Positions 17,060-27,552 of a stretch of DNA of 64,000 nucleotides are shown piece by piece. Position 1 is the first letter of the stretch. Each line of letters opens with the position of its first letter. Source of the DNA: an uncultured Candidatus Saccharibacteria bacterium. GTDB lineage: Bacteria > Patescibacteriota > WWE3 > UBA101185 > UBA10185. A model generated the notes under the pieces. It was not told where the DNA came from and did not search any database. It saw only the letters and a program-made list of their open reading frames with translations. Made by a program: the position numbers and the translations under genes. The stretch covers positions 81,080 through 145,079 of the forward strand of contig CAZEBU010000002.1 of NCBI GenBank assembly GCA_964510435.1. Reading direction: 5' to 3'.

Positions 17060-19324
17060 TTAATATTCTTCGTCTTCGTATTTCTGGGGCTTTTTTATAT
17101 CTCCAACTGAAGGGTCATCAGATAACGGGATCGAGTCGATTAGCACTTCTCTAGCTTTACTACCTTGGGGAGGTCCCACAATGTTATTTTTTTCCAACTC
17201 ATCCAGTATACGAGCTGCCCGAGCATAGCCGATGGATAATCTTCTTTGCAAAAGTGATGCCGAGGCTTTTCCCGCTGAAACTACAATCTCAATTGCCTCA
17301 TGGTACTTTTCGTCTACTGACTCTCCCCCGGCCGCCACACTCTTTGATCTCACATCATCTGACGGTGTCTCAAGTATTTCTTCTTTATACTCAGGGGGTA
17401 TTCCTTGATCCTTCAAGAAATTGACCACACTGGCTTTCTCATTTTCGGAAACAAAAGCACTCTGCAGCCTAACAGGATTTGCCCTATCAGGAGGAATAAA
17501 CAACATATCACCACTGCCCAACAGTTTCTCCGCCCCTGATTGGTCAATAATTACCCTCGAATCCACAAGCCTGGTAACATTAAAGGCAATCCTACAAGGA
17601 ACATTCGCTTTTATTAACCCAGTCAACACTTCTGCCGATGGTCTTTGTACCGCTAAAATAAGGTGGATACCCGTAGCTCTGGCCAATTGTGCCAACCTGA
17701 TAATACTTTTCTCTACTGCAGTAGGATCCGTCACCATGACATCCGCTAACTCGTCGACGATAATCAAGATATATGGTAAAGCTTGAAAACCGGATTTTTG
17801 GTTGTACATCTCAATGTTTTTAGCTTTGGCACTTTCAAATAACCTGAACCTGCGCATCATTTCACCCTCAGCCCATTTAAAAACGGAGGAGGCTATTTCA
17901 ACATCAGCAACTAGAGGGGTGTATAAATGAGGTATGTCTTCATAAGCATTTAGCTCAACTCCCCTCTTAAAATCCATTAAAATTAGCTTTACCTCCTGAG
18001 GAGTGGCCCTAAATAGTATGGAGAGTATGAGGTTGTGAATAAAGACTGATTTACCTGAATTTGTGGCTCCGGCAATCAGTAAATGCGGCATTCTACCAAT
18101 GTCATAAACTTGCGCCACGCCACCAACATCTTTACCTAAAACAGTGGTTAATTTTGATTTGGCGCCTTTCATTTGCTCCGAAGATATCATCGATCTAAAG
18201 TCCACTTTTTCCCTAGTCCTATTAGGAACTTCAACGCCTATTAGCGCCTTACCGGGAATTGGTGCTTCGATCCTCACCGAACCTGTAGGAGATGCCAAAG
18301 CCGCTGCCAAATCATATTGTAGATTGGCCACCTTGGCAATTTTGATGCCGGGGGGTGTGCTTAGCGCATATTTTGTAACCGAAGGTCCTACTTGTACATC
18401 AACGACTTCCGCAGGAATGCTGAAAGAACTAAGCGTGTCTTTAATAATTTTTTTATTAGTTTCTATATCAACCCCATCCTTAGGTCTTACCGATGGTTCA
18501 TCAAGAAGGTCAAGACCGGGCAACTTCCAAACTTTAGTATTTGTATATGGTAGATTTGGTGCAATGGAAACCAGAGAATCGTCCGACGCCATAGCTAAAG
18601 TACCAACAATAGCCTGTGGTTCCGACATGCTGGGTACTATTTCAAAAGAAGCTTCCCTATCTACAGTTTCCTCACCGGAAAGGCCAATTTCAGCCTCACC
18701 TGCATCCTCTCCGTAAAGCTCGTTTTCATCCATACCAACCATGCCTTCGGTGATCTTGATTTCATCCTTACTTTTTTTCCTAAACAGATTACCGGTTTTT
18801 ATGTTCTCCCGGTAAAAATTAACTACTTGATCAATGGAAACGTTAAAAATTAGGATAACTGAAATTAATAACAATCCCAATAAAACTGCTAGTGCTCCAA
18901 AAACACTTACCATGTTTTTCAAATTAGTGGCAATCATAAATCCCACAAAACCACCGCCTTTCCCTGCCAAAGCAACTTCTCGTGCTATGTTCACATCAAT
19001 GAAAACATGCAAAAACCCGGAAACTGCCACCAGTAAAGTGAGTAATCCAAGAACAATGCGAAAGTCTTTAATTCTGTGTCTCACCGAATCAATCATTAAA
19101 AGACCTGATATACCTGTAATAAAAGGGATAATAATCGCCGAGTACCCAAATACTTTTCTAATAACTAATTGAATTTTAGCGTTGATGAAATAATCAGGAG
19201 CAAGAAAGGAAATTAACGCAACCACAGAAAAAATTAACAGACCCACCGCCAACAGGGACCTTAAGGACTCAGGACTAATATTAAAACTCAATCTAAATTT
19301 CTTTTTTCTGCCTCTCTTGGCCAT
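17060..19324 (-). CDS. ftsK: DNA translocase FtsK/SpoIIIE
   Basis: 4TM N-terminus, MPHLLIAGATNSGKS, VDELAD, gamma domain LQRRLSIGYARAAR. Confidence 0.96.
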   Translation of the reverse strand: MAKRGRKKKFRLSFNISPESLRSLLAVGLLIFSVVALISFLAPDYFINAKIQLVIRKVFGYSAIIIPFITGISGLLMIDSVRHRIKDFRIVLGLLTLLVAVSGFLHVFIDVNIAREVALAGKGGGFVGFMIATNLKNMVSVFGALAVLLGLLLISVILIFNVSIDQVVNFYRENIKTGNLFRKKSKDEIKITEGMVGMDENELYGEDAGEAEIGLSGEETVDREASFEIVPSMSEPQAIVGTLAMASDDSLVSIAPNLPYTNTKVWKLPGLDLLDEPSVRPKDGVDIETNKKIIKDTLSSFSIPAEVVDVQVGPSVTKYALSTPPGIKIAKVANLQYDLAAALASPTGSVRIEAPIPGKALIGVEVPNRTREKVDFRSMISSEQMKGAKSKLTTVLGKDVGGVAQVYDIGRMPHLLIAGATNSGKSVFIHNLILSILFRATPQEVKLILMDFKRGVELNAYEDIPHLYTPLVADVEIASSVFKWAEGEMMRRFRLFESAKAKNIEMYNQKSGFQALPYILIIVDELADVMVTDPTAVEKSIIRLAQLARATGIHLILAVQRPSAEVLTGLIKANVPCRIAFNVTRLVDSRVIIDQSGAEKLLGSGDMLFIPPDRANPVRLQSAFVSENEKASVVNFLKDQGIPPEYKEEILETPSDDVRSKSVAAGGESVDEKYHEAIEIVVSAGKASASLLQRRLSIGYARAARILDELEKNNIVGPPQGSKAREVLIDSIPLSDDPSVGDIKKPQKYEDEEY

Positions 19325-19344
19325 TAATCGTATGATAACAGGGA

Positions 19345-21057
19345 TTAAATAAAAATGGAATGTACTATAATAAGCGGTTCTCTTCCTGTCTCTTTGCTTA
19401 GAAATTTTTTCAGGTCTTTTTCTATATTGGTCTTAATCCCACCCCAGTTATTGGCTATATCCCCATCTTTCTCAATAGCCTTATTAACTACGTCTCTGGA
19501 TTTACCAAGAAGAGCTTTTGATTCCTTCACATAGATGAAGCCCCTAGTAATTATGTCCACCTTGCCAACTCTCTGCCTTCCTTTTCTGGAAACAGGTACA
19601 ACAACCACCAAAACACCATCAGTCGATAATAATCCCCGATCCCTTATAACTATGGGGCTAAGTCCTATACCATCAACATATTGATCATGTACTTCAATTC
19701 TTTTCCCTTTTACGGCGCTATTATTACGAAATTCAACCACCTCTCCTTCCTGCAGTTCAAAAACACTATTTTCATTAAACCCCAACTTACCAATCATTTT
19801 GGCATAATCATGAATTTGTCGGATGGTACCCCCTATGGGAATAAAATATTTTGGTTTAACCAAGGAAGCAACCTGGGATAGATCCCCCCTATGACCATGT
19901 CCTGAAACGTGCATGGCATTTCTGTTCAAATGATCAATAACCTCCACCCCCATCAAAATCAAATTATCTACAACTCTCCCCACAGCAATGTCAGTTCCCG
20001 GAGGATTTGGCTCGGAGGAAAATACCACGTAACCACCTTTTTTCACGCTCACATGCCTATGTTCCCTCCGACTTAGCTTATCCAAAGATGAACCAGGCTG
20101 CCCAAAACATCCGGCGATTATATAAACAAGGCTATCTTGAGGTAAACCTTCGGCCTTTTTTACTCCCATAAAAGCGTTATCGGAAAACGGAAGGTACCCT
20201 AAATTTTTGGCAATGTTAATAGATTTTTCTATTGATCTACCTACCGGAACGACTTTTCTACCGGCTTTTATGGCAGCGTCAACAATTTGGCGTATTCTGG
20301 AAATATTCGAAGATATGGTCGTGATGAAGATCTGTTTTCCTTGTAATTCTCCAAAGAGAGAAGGAAATGTTTCGTCGAGTGATCTTTCTGACTCTATAAA
20401 ACCATCCTTCGAAGCTCCCAGACAGTCAGAAGCCAAACAAAGAACACCTTCCTCGCCTATCCTAGAAATAGCTTCCAGGTCAATGGGTGCGTCAATAACA
20501 GGTGTTTGATCTATCTTAAAATCAGCCATGTGCACTACAGTGCCTTGCGGAGATTTAATCACCATACCCAATGAATCAGGTACTGAGTGATTCACATGAA
20601 ACGCCGACACGGTAAACGCGCCTAAACTAACTGGATTGGTTGATGCATCAAATAAATGAAGACTGACAGAATCTTTAAACCTTTTAAACTCTTTTTCCTC
20701 CAACAGCTCTTTAATAAATTCCTGCGTAAGCTTGTTAGCATAGACTGGAACATTTAATTCCTTTAATAAAAAGGGTATAGCGGCAAAATGATCAGCATGG
20801 GCATGAGTAATAAAAAGACCTCTAACCTTGTGGGAATTTTCCAGCAAATAAGTCATATCCGGGATAATAAAATCCACCCCAAAATCTTCCAGTTCCGGAA
20901 ATCCGATACCAAAATCTACGGCAATAATATCCTCGCCGTATTCATAAACGGTAAGATTCTTAGTCACGCCATCACCGATAGCAACAAATCTTAATGGGAT
21001 ATTTGAGGTAGATCCCTTAACTGCGGTCTTTTTTGTGTTCTTAAACTCCATAGTCAT
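19345..21057 (-). CDS. rnj: Ribonuclease J
   Basis: THAHADH, NHSVPD, DFKIDQTP, HVSGHG. Confidence 0.94.
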   Translation of the reverse strand: MTMEFKNTKKTAVKGSTSNIPLRFVAIGDGVTKNLTVYEYGEDIIAVDFGIGFPELEDFGVDFIIPDMTYLLENSHKVRGLFITHAHADHFAAIPFLLKELNVPVYANKLTQEFIKELLEEKEFKRFKDSVSLHLFDASTNPVSLGAFTVSAFHVNHSVPDSLGMVIKSPQGTVVHMADFKIDQTPVIDAPIDLEAISRIGEEGVLCLASDCLGASKDGFIESERSLDETFPSLFGELQGKQIFITTISSNISRIRQIVDAAIKAGRKVVPVGRSIEKSINIAKNLGYLPFSDNAFMGVKKAEGLPQDSLVYIIAGCFGQPGSSLDKLSRREHRHVSVKKGGYVVFSSEPNPPGTDIAVGRVVDNLILMGVEVIDHLNRNAMHVSGHGHRGDLSQVASLVKPKYFIPIGGTIRQIHDYAKMIGKLGFNENSVFELQEGEVVEFRNNSAVKGKRIEVHDQYVDGIGLSPIVIRDRGLLSTDGVLVVVVPVSRKGRQRVGKVDIITRGFIYVKESKALLGKSRDVVNKAIEKDGDIANNWGGIKTNIEKDLKKFLSKETGREPLIIVHSIFI

Positions 21058-21069
21058 TCATTAAGTTTA

Positions 21070-21690
21070 TCAGAACAACTTAAGTTGTCCATCTTGCTCA
21101 TCATCCTCTTTTTCCTCGATAAAATCACCTGATTTGATCTGTTCCAGCACCTCAGGAATTCTCAAAAAATCCTTTTTCAATGCCTCCAGCATCTTGGGGT
21201 TTCTTAAGCCGGCAGCGGGGTGGTAAATGGGAAAAACAAAGAAATTAGTAGTTTTAATTAATTCACCATGATCTCTAGATATCTTTCCCGCCTTGTAAAA
21301 AAAATTCAAAGCAAAACGTCCTAGACTAACAATCAACACCGGATCGATAGTTTTGATCTGAGCAGCTAAATATGGGATGCAGGCGTGTATCTCGTCAGGA
21401 AGCGGGTCTCTATTTCCGGGAGGACGATGTTTGATAATGTTACCAATCCAAACATCTTCTCTCTTGTAACCCAGTTCGGCTAATAGTCTCTCCAATAACA
21501 TCCCCGCCCTGCCTACAAACGGTCTGCCTGTTTCATCCTCCACAGCACCCGGAGCTTCTCCAATAAATAGTAGTTCCGAATCAACGTTACCCTCACCGGG
21601 AACGCCATGTTTTGCTTGCTTGTACAATCTACATTTTTTGCAATTTATAACATTGGTATCTATTTGTTTTACAATTTCCTCTTTTGTCAT
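21070..21690 (-). CDS. Family 4 uracil-DNA glycosylase
   Basis: CKKC, GEAPG, PFVGRAG, YHPAA. Confidence 0.93.
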   Translation of the reverse strand: MTKEEIVKQIDTNVINCKKCRLYKQAKHGVPGEGNVDSELLFIGEAPGAVEDETGRPFVGRAGMLLERLLAELGYKREDVWIGNIIKHRPPGNRDPLPDEIHACIPYLAAQIKTIDPVLIVSLGRFALNFFYKAGKISRDHGELIKTTNFFVFPIYHPAAGLRNPKMLEALKKDFLRIPEVLEQIKSGDFIEEKEDDEQDGQLKLF

Positions 21691-22214
21691 TTGATCTTCC
21701 CTAATTGTTCCAAGGTACTTATCACCTTTAAAGTGATGCGCCGCTTTCCGCGTTGGTATATTCGATCCGAAATAAAATAAGCCTCTCTAAAAGTCATCCA
21801 GAAATACTGGTCAAACTGAGTTTCACTTATTTCCAATTTGTCCGAAGAGGAATCAACGGTACAAAAATAGTATTCCTTGCCCATCATAGCCACTTCATTA
21901 CCCCCATCATCAAGTAATGTGCCCACTTTATGCCTTCCCGGTTTAAACTCCATTCTATCTATTTCCACAAACTCCGCATTACTATATGCAAGATTCTCTG
22001 CAAAACTCTTTCCCAACTCTTCGACTATTACCCTTTTTAAGGCGCTTATAGGCTCTTCTTTATTATTGATCCTCCCTTGGGGAAGTTGCCATAATCCATA
22101 TTCCTTTTTATAAAACATAAGTATTTTATTTTGGTTAATGACGCAGGCCACTACTCCAGGTCTGAAACCTTCTTTCCTTACTTCATCCAGTTGTTTAGGC
22201 GTAGGTGTTTTCAT
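21687..22214 (-). CDS. NUDIX-fold hydrolase
   Basis: WQLPQGRINNKEEPISALKRVIVEELG (variant Nudix box). Confidence 0.8.
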   Translation of the reverse strand: MKTPTPKQLDEVRKEGFRPGVVACVINQNKILMFYKKEYGLWQLPQGRINNKEEPISALKRVIVEELGKSFAENLAYSNAEFVEIDRMEFKPGRHKVGTLLDDGGNEVAMMGKEYYFCTVDSSSDKLEISETQFDQYFWMTFREAYFISDRIYQRGKRRITLKVISTLEQLGKIK

Positions 22215-22217
22215 AAC

Positions 22218-23297
22218 TCACTGAGGCAGGTATTGTTTGAGATTCTCTTGGGTTAAGTGAACTTCTGTTGCAGAGCCTTCCACTATGTTTTTGGCTACTT
22301 TCCTACATATTGATTCCAGTGTTCTTTCCAAACTTCTGATTCCTGTGTCATAACCAAACGGCCTAACTATGCCCGGCCAAAGGTCGTTATCAATAACCAG
22401 CTCACCGGGCTTAAGACCGGATCTTTCAAAAATTTGGGGCAGTAGGAAATCTCTAGAAATAATCACCTTTTCTTCATCTGTGTAGGAGGGCATCTTGATC
22501 ACTTCCATCCTATCCATTAAGGCAGTGCTTATCGTACCCGTATTATTAGCCGAACACACAAAAAGAACTTCGGATAGATCAACTGGAAAATCCACATAGT
22601 GGTCACGAAATTCATTACTTTGATTGGGATCTAGAATTTCTAATAATACCGCCATGATATCACTCAGCAAACCTCTCTCTCCACTGGCCTTATCTATTTC
22701 ATCCAGTAAAATAACAGGGTTTCTGGCACCCGTTTTTATCAAAGCCTTAACTATTTGTCCGGGCTCTGCTTCCGGCATAGACTTACTGCGCCCCCTAAGT
22801 TCCAAGGTAGAACCAATACCGCCCATGGCAATTCGAACAAATTTACGATCCAAAGACTTAGCTATGGACATGGCTAAAGTCGTTTTTCCTACACCTTGCA
22901 GACCAACAAACAATAAAACCGGTGTTTTAGCAAACATATTACCACCTCGTTTATTAATAAGGATCAAGGACGCCAGATATTCTAGAATTCTCTCCTTAAC
23001 AAAATACATTCCGTAGTGGGTTGAATCTAAAATTTCCTTGGTGTTATCCAGATCCAACTTATCCACGGTTCTTTTATCCCAAGGTATTTTGGAGATTATA
23101 TTTACATACCGGGAGAGAATATCAAACTCCGAGGAATAATGCCCCATCTTGGCCATCCTGTTTAACCTATTTAGCATTTGCCCAAGTCTACTTTCCAACA
23201 ACGGGGGCAATCCCGAAATCTCATCGAGCGTTTTTGACAACTGCTCTAATTCTTCAAAGATATATTTATCTACATCACTCATTATTTCTAACCACAA
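22218..23297 (-). CDS. Lon-type AAA+ ATPase module without protease domain
   Basis: LDSTHYGM..VKERILEYLA, GLQGVGKT, NPVILLDEIDK, LLEILDPNQ..FRDHY; ends after the alpha domain; start may be ATG 23282. Confidence 0.9.
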   Translation of the reverse strand: MWLEIMSDVDKYIFEELEQLSKTLDEISGLPPLLESRLGQMLNRLNRMAKMGHYSSEFDILSRYVNIISKIPWDKRTVDKLDLDNTKEILDSTHYGMYFVKERILEYLASLILINKRGGNMFAKTPVLLFVGLQGVGKTTLAMSIAKSLDRKFVRIAMGGIGSTLELRGRSKSMPEAEPGQIVKALIKTGARNPVILLDEIDKASGERGLLSDIMAVLLEILDPNQSNEFRDHYVDFPVDLSEVLFVCSANNTGTISTALMDRMEVIKMPSYTDEEKVIISRDFLLPQIFERSGLKPGELVIDNDLWPGIVRPFGYDTGIRSLERTLESICRKVAKNIVEGSATEVHLTQENLKQYLPQ

Positions 23298-24210
23298 ATT
23301 TATTAAACTGCTTATCTTTTACTTCATTTATTAAAGGCAGAAGATCCTCCATAGGTGAGTAGACCATCATAAGATCAAGGACCTCCTCAAAATTATCGAA
23401 ACTCATAAATAAAAGCTGGCCGCTGTCAGGTAATTGTGTCTTATAGCTTTTGTACTTAGGATTGTGCGCAATATTTTTCGAAATATCACCCGCAGACTCC
23501 TCTACACTTACCAGGAAGGGCTCATACTCGGTAATAACTAAAGCTTGTTTTACTTTACTAAGAAAATACTTTTCTGACTCCACAGTTTCTAAGAATTCCT
23601 TGTTCATAATCTTACTTTCCTGCTCATCCAGCATCAAAACAAGCGCTAGCCGCCATTCCTGATCAATTTTTTGACCGAAAATAATGTATCTTCCCGAAAG
23701 GTAATCTCCAAAATCATTTAGTATTCCCTCTTCGTCGAGTGCACCCCAAAAGAATTGGTAGGAAGCTAGTAAATCACTCCCTATAATATAAAAATCCACC
23801 TCGAAAGGAATGTACTTAGTTAAATCCCCAACGTCAAAAACGATATTCGGTTGTTCTAGGTTATAAACGACGGTATTATCATATCTTTCTTCCGGAATCT
23901 CCATAGCTACGTCCTTAACAGCCATTTCTTCTCTATCTTTTAGCTTGTTTTGCGTAAAAATGATGGAAATTATGGAAACAGCGGCTGCAACTAAAACCAG
24001 AGCAAAAGCAGTGAGGAACTTTTTATTGATATGGAGCTTAACCCTTACTTTCTTTTTTTCTTTTTCTGGGGGAACAAAAGAAGTTCTCTTAATTTGGAAG
24101 GTGGTAGTGTGGTTAATTAGTTTGTCATCTAATTTGTGACCACAAGATCTACAAAAGTAACCCTCATCATCATGTAAGTTTTTATTACAATTAGGACAGA
24201 TTCTATTCAC
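23275..24210 (-). CDS. Zinc-ribbon membrane-anchored hypothetical protein
   Basis: CPNC...CRSC at the N-terminus, single TM helix. Confidence 0.75.
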   Translation of the reverse strand: MNRICPNCNKNLHDDEGYFCRSCGHKLDDKLINHTTTFQIKRTSFVPPEKEKKKVRVKLHINKKFLTAFALVLVAAAVSIISIIFTQNKLKDREEMAVKDVAMEIPEERYDNTVVYNLEQPNIVFDVGDLTKYIPFEVDFYIIGSDLLASYQFFWGALDEEGILNDFGDYLSGRYIIFGQKIDQEWRLALVLMLDEQESKIMNKEFLETVESEKYFLSKVKQALVITEYEPFLVSVEESAGDISKNIAHNPKYKSYKTQLPDSGQLLFMSFDNFEEVLDLMMVYSPMEDLLPLINEVKDKQFNKFVVRNNE

Positions 24211-24226
24211 TTACCAAATTTTACCA

Positions 24227-26371
24227 TCAATTACGTTTGTTGCGAGGTTTTTTGCTGGGCTTATAACCAGCCTCCAATATTTTTTTCGACAGACTCATCT
24301 TCCCATCCCTAGATACATCAAGTACCCTCACTCTCACGGTATCTCCGTCTTTGAGATGATCATGAATATCAGTCACATATTCGTTGGAAACCTCACTAAT
24401 ATGAAGTAATCCCACTTTTCCGGGTAAAATTTCCACAAATGCACCAAAATCGACCACTTCCTGTATAACTCCTTCGTATTCCTCCCCCGCCTTAACGTCC
24501 TTTACCATGTTGGTAACTATCTCAGCCGCTTTTTCCGAATTCTCAAGACTCGTGGAAGAAACTACCACTGTACCATCTTCTTCAATGGAAATATCCGTGT
24601 CGGTTTTTTCCTGTATCTCCCTGATGGTCTTGCCTCCCGGCCCAATGATGGTACCAATTTTCTCACTATCAATCTTCACACTAACTGTCTTAGGAGCGTA
24701 TTGGGATACATCTTTTCTTGGAGTAGAAAGAGTTTTTTCCATAATATCCAACACATACAACCTACCCTCTCTTGATTGCTCAACAATCTTAGGTAGCATT
24801 TCAAAAGGAATGCCGCCCACTTTCATATCCACCTGGATAGCTGTAACTCCATCTCTTGAGCCAGTCATTTTAAAATCCAGCAACCCAAAGGCGTCTTCCA
24901 TATAAGCTAGATCCGTCATGATCAACTGCTTTTCAAAATTTTTATCGGCTATAAGCCCCACGCCAATTCCTGCAATCATCTCACTGATAGGTACGCCGGC
25001 ATCCATCAACGCCAACGAAGAAGCGCAGGTAGCAGCCATAGATGTAGAGCCGCTGGAGGAAAGCGTTTCCGAAACCACAAGAATCATATAAGGAAAGCCA
25101 TCTTGCTCGGGAATAGCGGGTCTCAAAGCATTCTCCGCTATCATTCCATGACCGATCTCACGATTTTTAGGCCAACCTACTCTCCCGGTTTCTCCACTGG
25201 AATAAGGTGGAAAATGATAATAATGCAAGAATTTCTTGGACCTCTCCCCGTACATATCCTGAATAAGTAATTCTTGTGACGGCGAGGCAAGGGTAGTGGT
25301 CGTTAACATTTGTGTCTCACCACGAGAAAATAAAGCGCTGCCGTGTGTCCTTGGTAAAACACCAACCTCGCAAGTAATCGGCCTAATGTCCTCGGCGCCT
25401 CGTCCATCAATACGTTTCCCTGTTTCCAATATTTGCTTCTGCATGGCTTCCTTCTTCAATTCAGCTAGGGCCAGAACCATATCAACTTTTTTGTATTTTC
25501 CCTCCAAATCAGTGAGCACAGTCTCCGTCAATTCTTCAATCTCTTCACTAAGATCAGATTTATCGGCACCCTTACTCATTAGCTCATCGATCTTTTTTCC
25601 CGCTAATTTTTTAACATCCGAGATTAATTCCTCAGGAAGGGCTCTTGACTCATATTCATATTTTTTTCCTTGTGGATTTAGTTCCTTAGCAAATTCCATG
25701 ATCAACTCATATAGTGGGTCTACATTATTTCTGGCGAACTCCACCGCGCCGAGGATCTTTTCTTCAGGTAGATTGTTGGCTTCTGCCTCCAAAGCCATTA
25801 ATTTCTTATCTTTACCCACAAAAGAAACCATCATATCCAGCTCGCTACCGCCATGAAGTTGTTCATGGCCGGGGCACATGAGATACTTTTCGTCAATGTA
25901 ACCCACCCTAGCCGACATCACAGGGCCGTCCCAGGGAATATCCGAAGCTGTAAGTGCCGCCGAAGTAGCAATCATACTTAAAAATTTGGGGTCACTATCG
26001 TGATCCAAAGAGAGTACAGTAGCGATAACCTGAACTTCGTCCATATAGTCATCAGGGAATAGCGGCCTAATAGCGTGGTCGATCATTCTCCCGGCGATAA
26101 TGGCAGCATCAGTTGGTCGCCCGTCTCTTTTTACAAATCTGGAACTTTTGATACTACCGCTAGCATAAAACTTCTCTCTATAATTAACATTAAGCGGAAA
26201 GTAGTCAATATCGGGATTGTAATCAGCTGAGACTACAGTAACCAACATTACGGTATCTCCAAAACTAGCTTTAACGGACATATTAGTCATATTGGCTAAT
26301 TTTCCTGCTTCCAGACTCAATTTTTTACCCGCAAATTCAATTTCTTTATATATTATGTTTTTAGTGGCCAT
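24227..26371 (-). CDS. pnp: Polyribonucleotide nucleotidyltransferase
   Basis: Two RNase PH domains (RTHGSALFSRGETQ, DFKMTGS), KH IIGPGGKTI, S1. Confidence 0.97.
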   Translation of the reverse strand: MATKNIIYKEIEFAGKKLSLEAGKLANMTNMSVKASFGDTVMLVTVVSADYNPDIDYFPLNVNYREKFYASGSIKSSRFVKRDGRPTDAAIIAGRMIDHAIRPLFPDDYMDEVQVIATVLSLDHDSDPKFLSMIATSAALTASDIPWDGPVMSARVGYIDEKYLMCPGHEQLHGGSELDMMVSFVGKDKKLMALEAEANNLPEEKILGAVEFARNNVDPLYELIMEFAKELNPQGKKYEYESRALPEELISDVKKLAGKKIDELMSKGADKSDLSEEIEELTETVLTDLEGKYKKVDMVLALAELKKEAMQKQILETGKRIDGRGAEDIRPITCEVGVLPRTHGSALFSRGETQMLTTTTLASPSQELLIQDMYGERSKKFLHYYHFPPYSSGETGRVGWPKNREIGHGMIAENALRPAIPEQDGFPYMILVVSETLSSSGSTSMAATCASSLALMDAGVPISEMIAGIGVGLIADKNFEKQLIMTDLAYMEDAFGLLDFKMTGSRDGVTAIQVDMKVGGIPFEMLPKIVEQSREGRLYVLDIMEKTLSTPRKDVSQYAPKTVSVKIDSEKIGTIIGPGGKTIREIQEKTDTDISIEEDGTVVVSSTSLENSEKAAEIVTNMVKDVKAGEEYEGVIQEVVDFGAFVEILPGKVGLLHISEVSNEYVTDIHDHLKDGDTVRVRVLDVSRDGKMSLSKKILEAGYKPSKKPRNKRN

Positions 26372-26380
26372 TTTACTTAG

Positions 26381-26469
26381 TGGTCTCAGCGCAATGAGGA
26401 TTAAGAGATGAGATACTTCCTACGAAAATTTCGTAAAAAATACTCCACTTCCTAATCTCCACGCAACCA
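26381..26469 (-). promoter_or_regulatory. Long stem-loop in the rpsO-pnp spacer
   Basis: Imperfect long hairpin centred on TACGAAA/TTTCGTA; G-U pairs favour the mRNA strand. Confidence 0.6.
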
Positions 26470-26490
26470 TACTCCTTAAAAAATTATTAC

Positions 26491-26757
26491 TTACTTAATT
26501 TCCAGCTTTTTCACCAGAAAGTCATATCTCTCTTCGTCTTTTCGCTTTAGATAGGCTAAGAGTCTTCTTCTCTTATTTACCATTTGCAGAAGCCCTCTCC
26601 TGGAATGATTATCTTTTTTATGTTTTTTCAAATGATCCGAAAGTTCAGAGATCCTTTCCGAAAGCAAAGTAATTTGCACCTCCGGAGATCCCGTGTCACT
26701 TGCGTGCATTTGACTATCTTTGATGATCTTCTGTTTTTTTTCGCTATTTAAAGCCAT
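26491..26757 (-). CDS. rpsO: 30S ribosomal protein S15
   Basis: DTGSPEVQI...[25 protein letters not shown]. Confidence 0.98.
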   Translation of the reverse strand: MALNSEKKQKIIKDSQMHASDTGSPEVQITLLSERISELSDHLKKHKKDNHSRRGLLQMVNKRRRLLAYLKRKDEERYDFLVKKLEIK

Positions 26758-26793
26758 AAACTCTAGTTATGATATCAAAACATGTTTATAAAA

Positions 26794-27459
26794 TCAATCT
26801 TTATAGGGAGGGGTTTTAGAAATAATTCCTTTTAATAAAGCCTTAGCTGTCTTTTCATCCGGAGCTAATTCCCATTGAGTGGCTTTTTGCAGTACCAGAA
26901 GTGAAAGTGAACTAGTCTTAGGTTCTACGACATTAACAAAACCGAATCTCTCGTTCCTATCGGTTATGTCAATATTAATTATCTTTGAAGTTTTTGAAGC
27001 TTTGTCCAAACTCCTGTAGATCTGCCCTAGATCAAAAAGATTTTGCGCACCAATAATAAATAGGACATCAAAATCGTAACCTGCAATTTTCGATCTAATT
27101 TTCTCTCTACTGTTAAAGTTTGGGGGGATAGGACTTATGGTCAAATATAAAATACCCTCATCCGTCGTATAATTAACCTTTGAGGCTTGGGTATCAGAAT
27201 AATCAATGGAAACAACCAAATTTCTTTGTTTAACTTCTCTGGTGATCTTATTTGCATTAATAAGGTCTTTCCCTTCCTCAGGCACTTTCCCGGGATAAAT
27301 AAAGGTAACTTCTTTCTCACTGTTTATTAACATGTGATAAATTCCTACACTAGCACAATAGGCATCCAAACCTGCTACCTTAGAGGTCATTATGGCAATA
27401 TTCTTTGCACCATTAAGCAATGTTGCTACCTTGTCTTTCACCACATCATTATTATTCAT
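26794..27459 (-). CDS. Degenerate DHH-family (NrnA-like) N-terminal domain protein
   Basis: AKNIAI...DAYCAS...IINIDITDRNERFG; DHH replaced by DIT; no DHHA1 domain. Confidence 0.7.
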   Translation of the reverse strand: MNNNDVVKDKVATLLNGAKNIAIMTSKVAGLDAYCASVGIYHMLINSEKEVTFIYPGKVPEEGKDLINANKITREVKQRNLVVSIDYSDTQASKVNYTTDEGILYLTISPIPPNFNSREKIRSKIAGYDFDVLFIIGAQNLFDLGQIYRSLDKASKTSKIINIDITDRNERFGFVNVVEPKTSSLSLLVLQKATQWELAPDEKTAKALLKGIISKTPPYKD

Positions 27460-27552
27460 AAAATTAGTAGGGGCAAATTTTGTCTATCTGACAACAAAAA
27501 ACACTATTTATATTCTTGGGGATTATACAATATTAACCCTATAGCGTCAATA

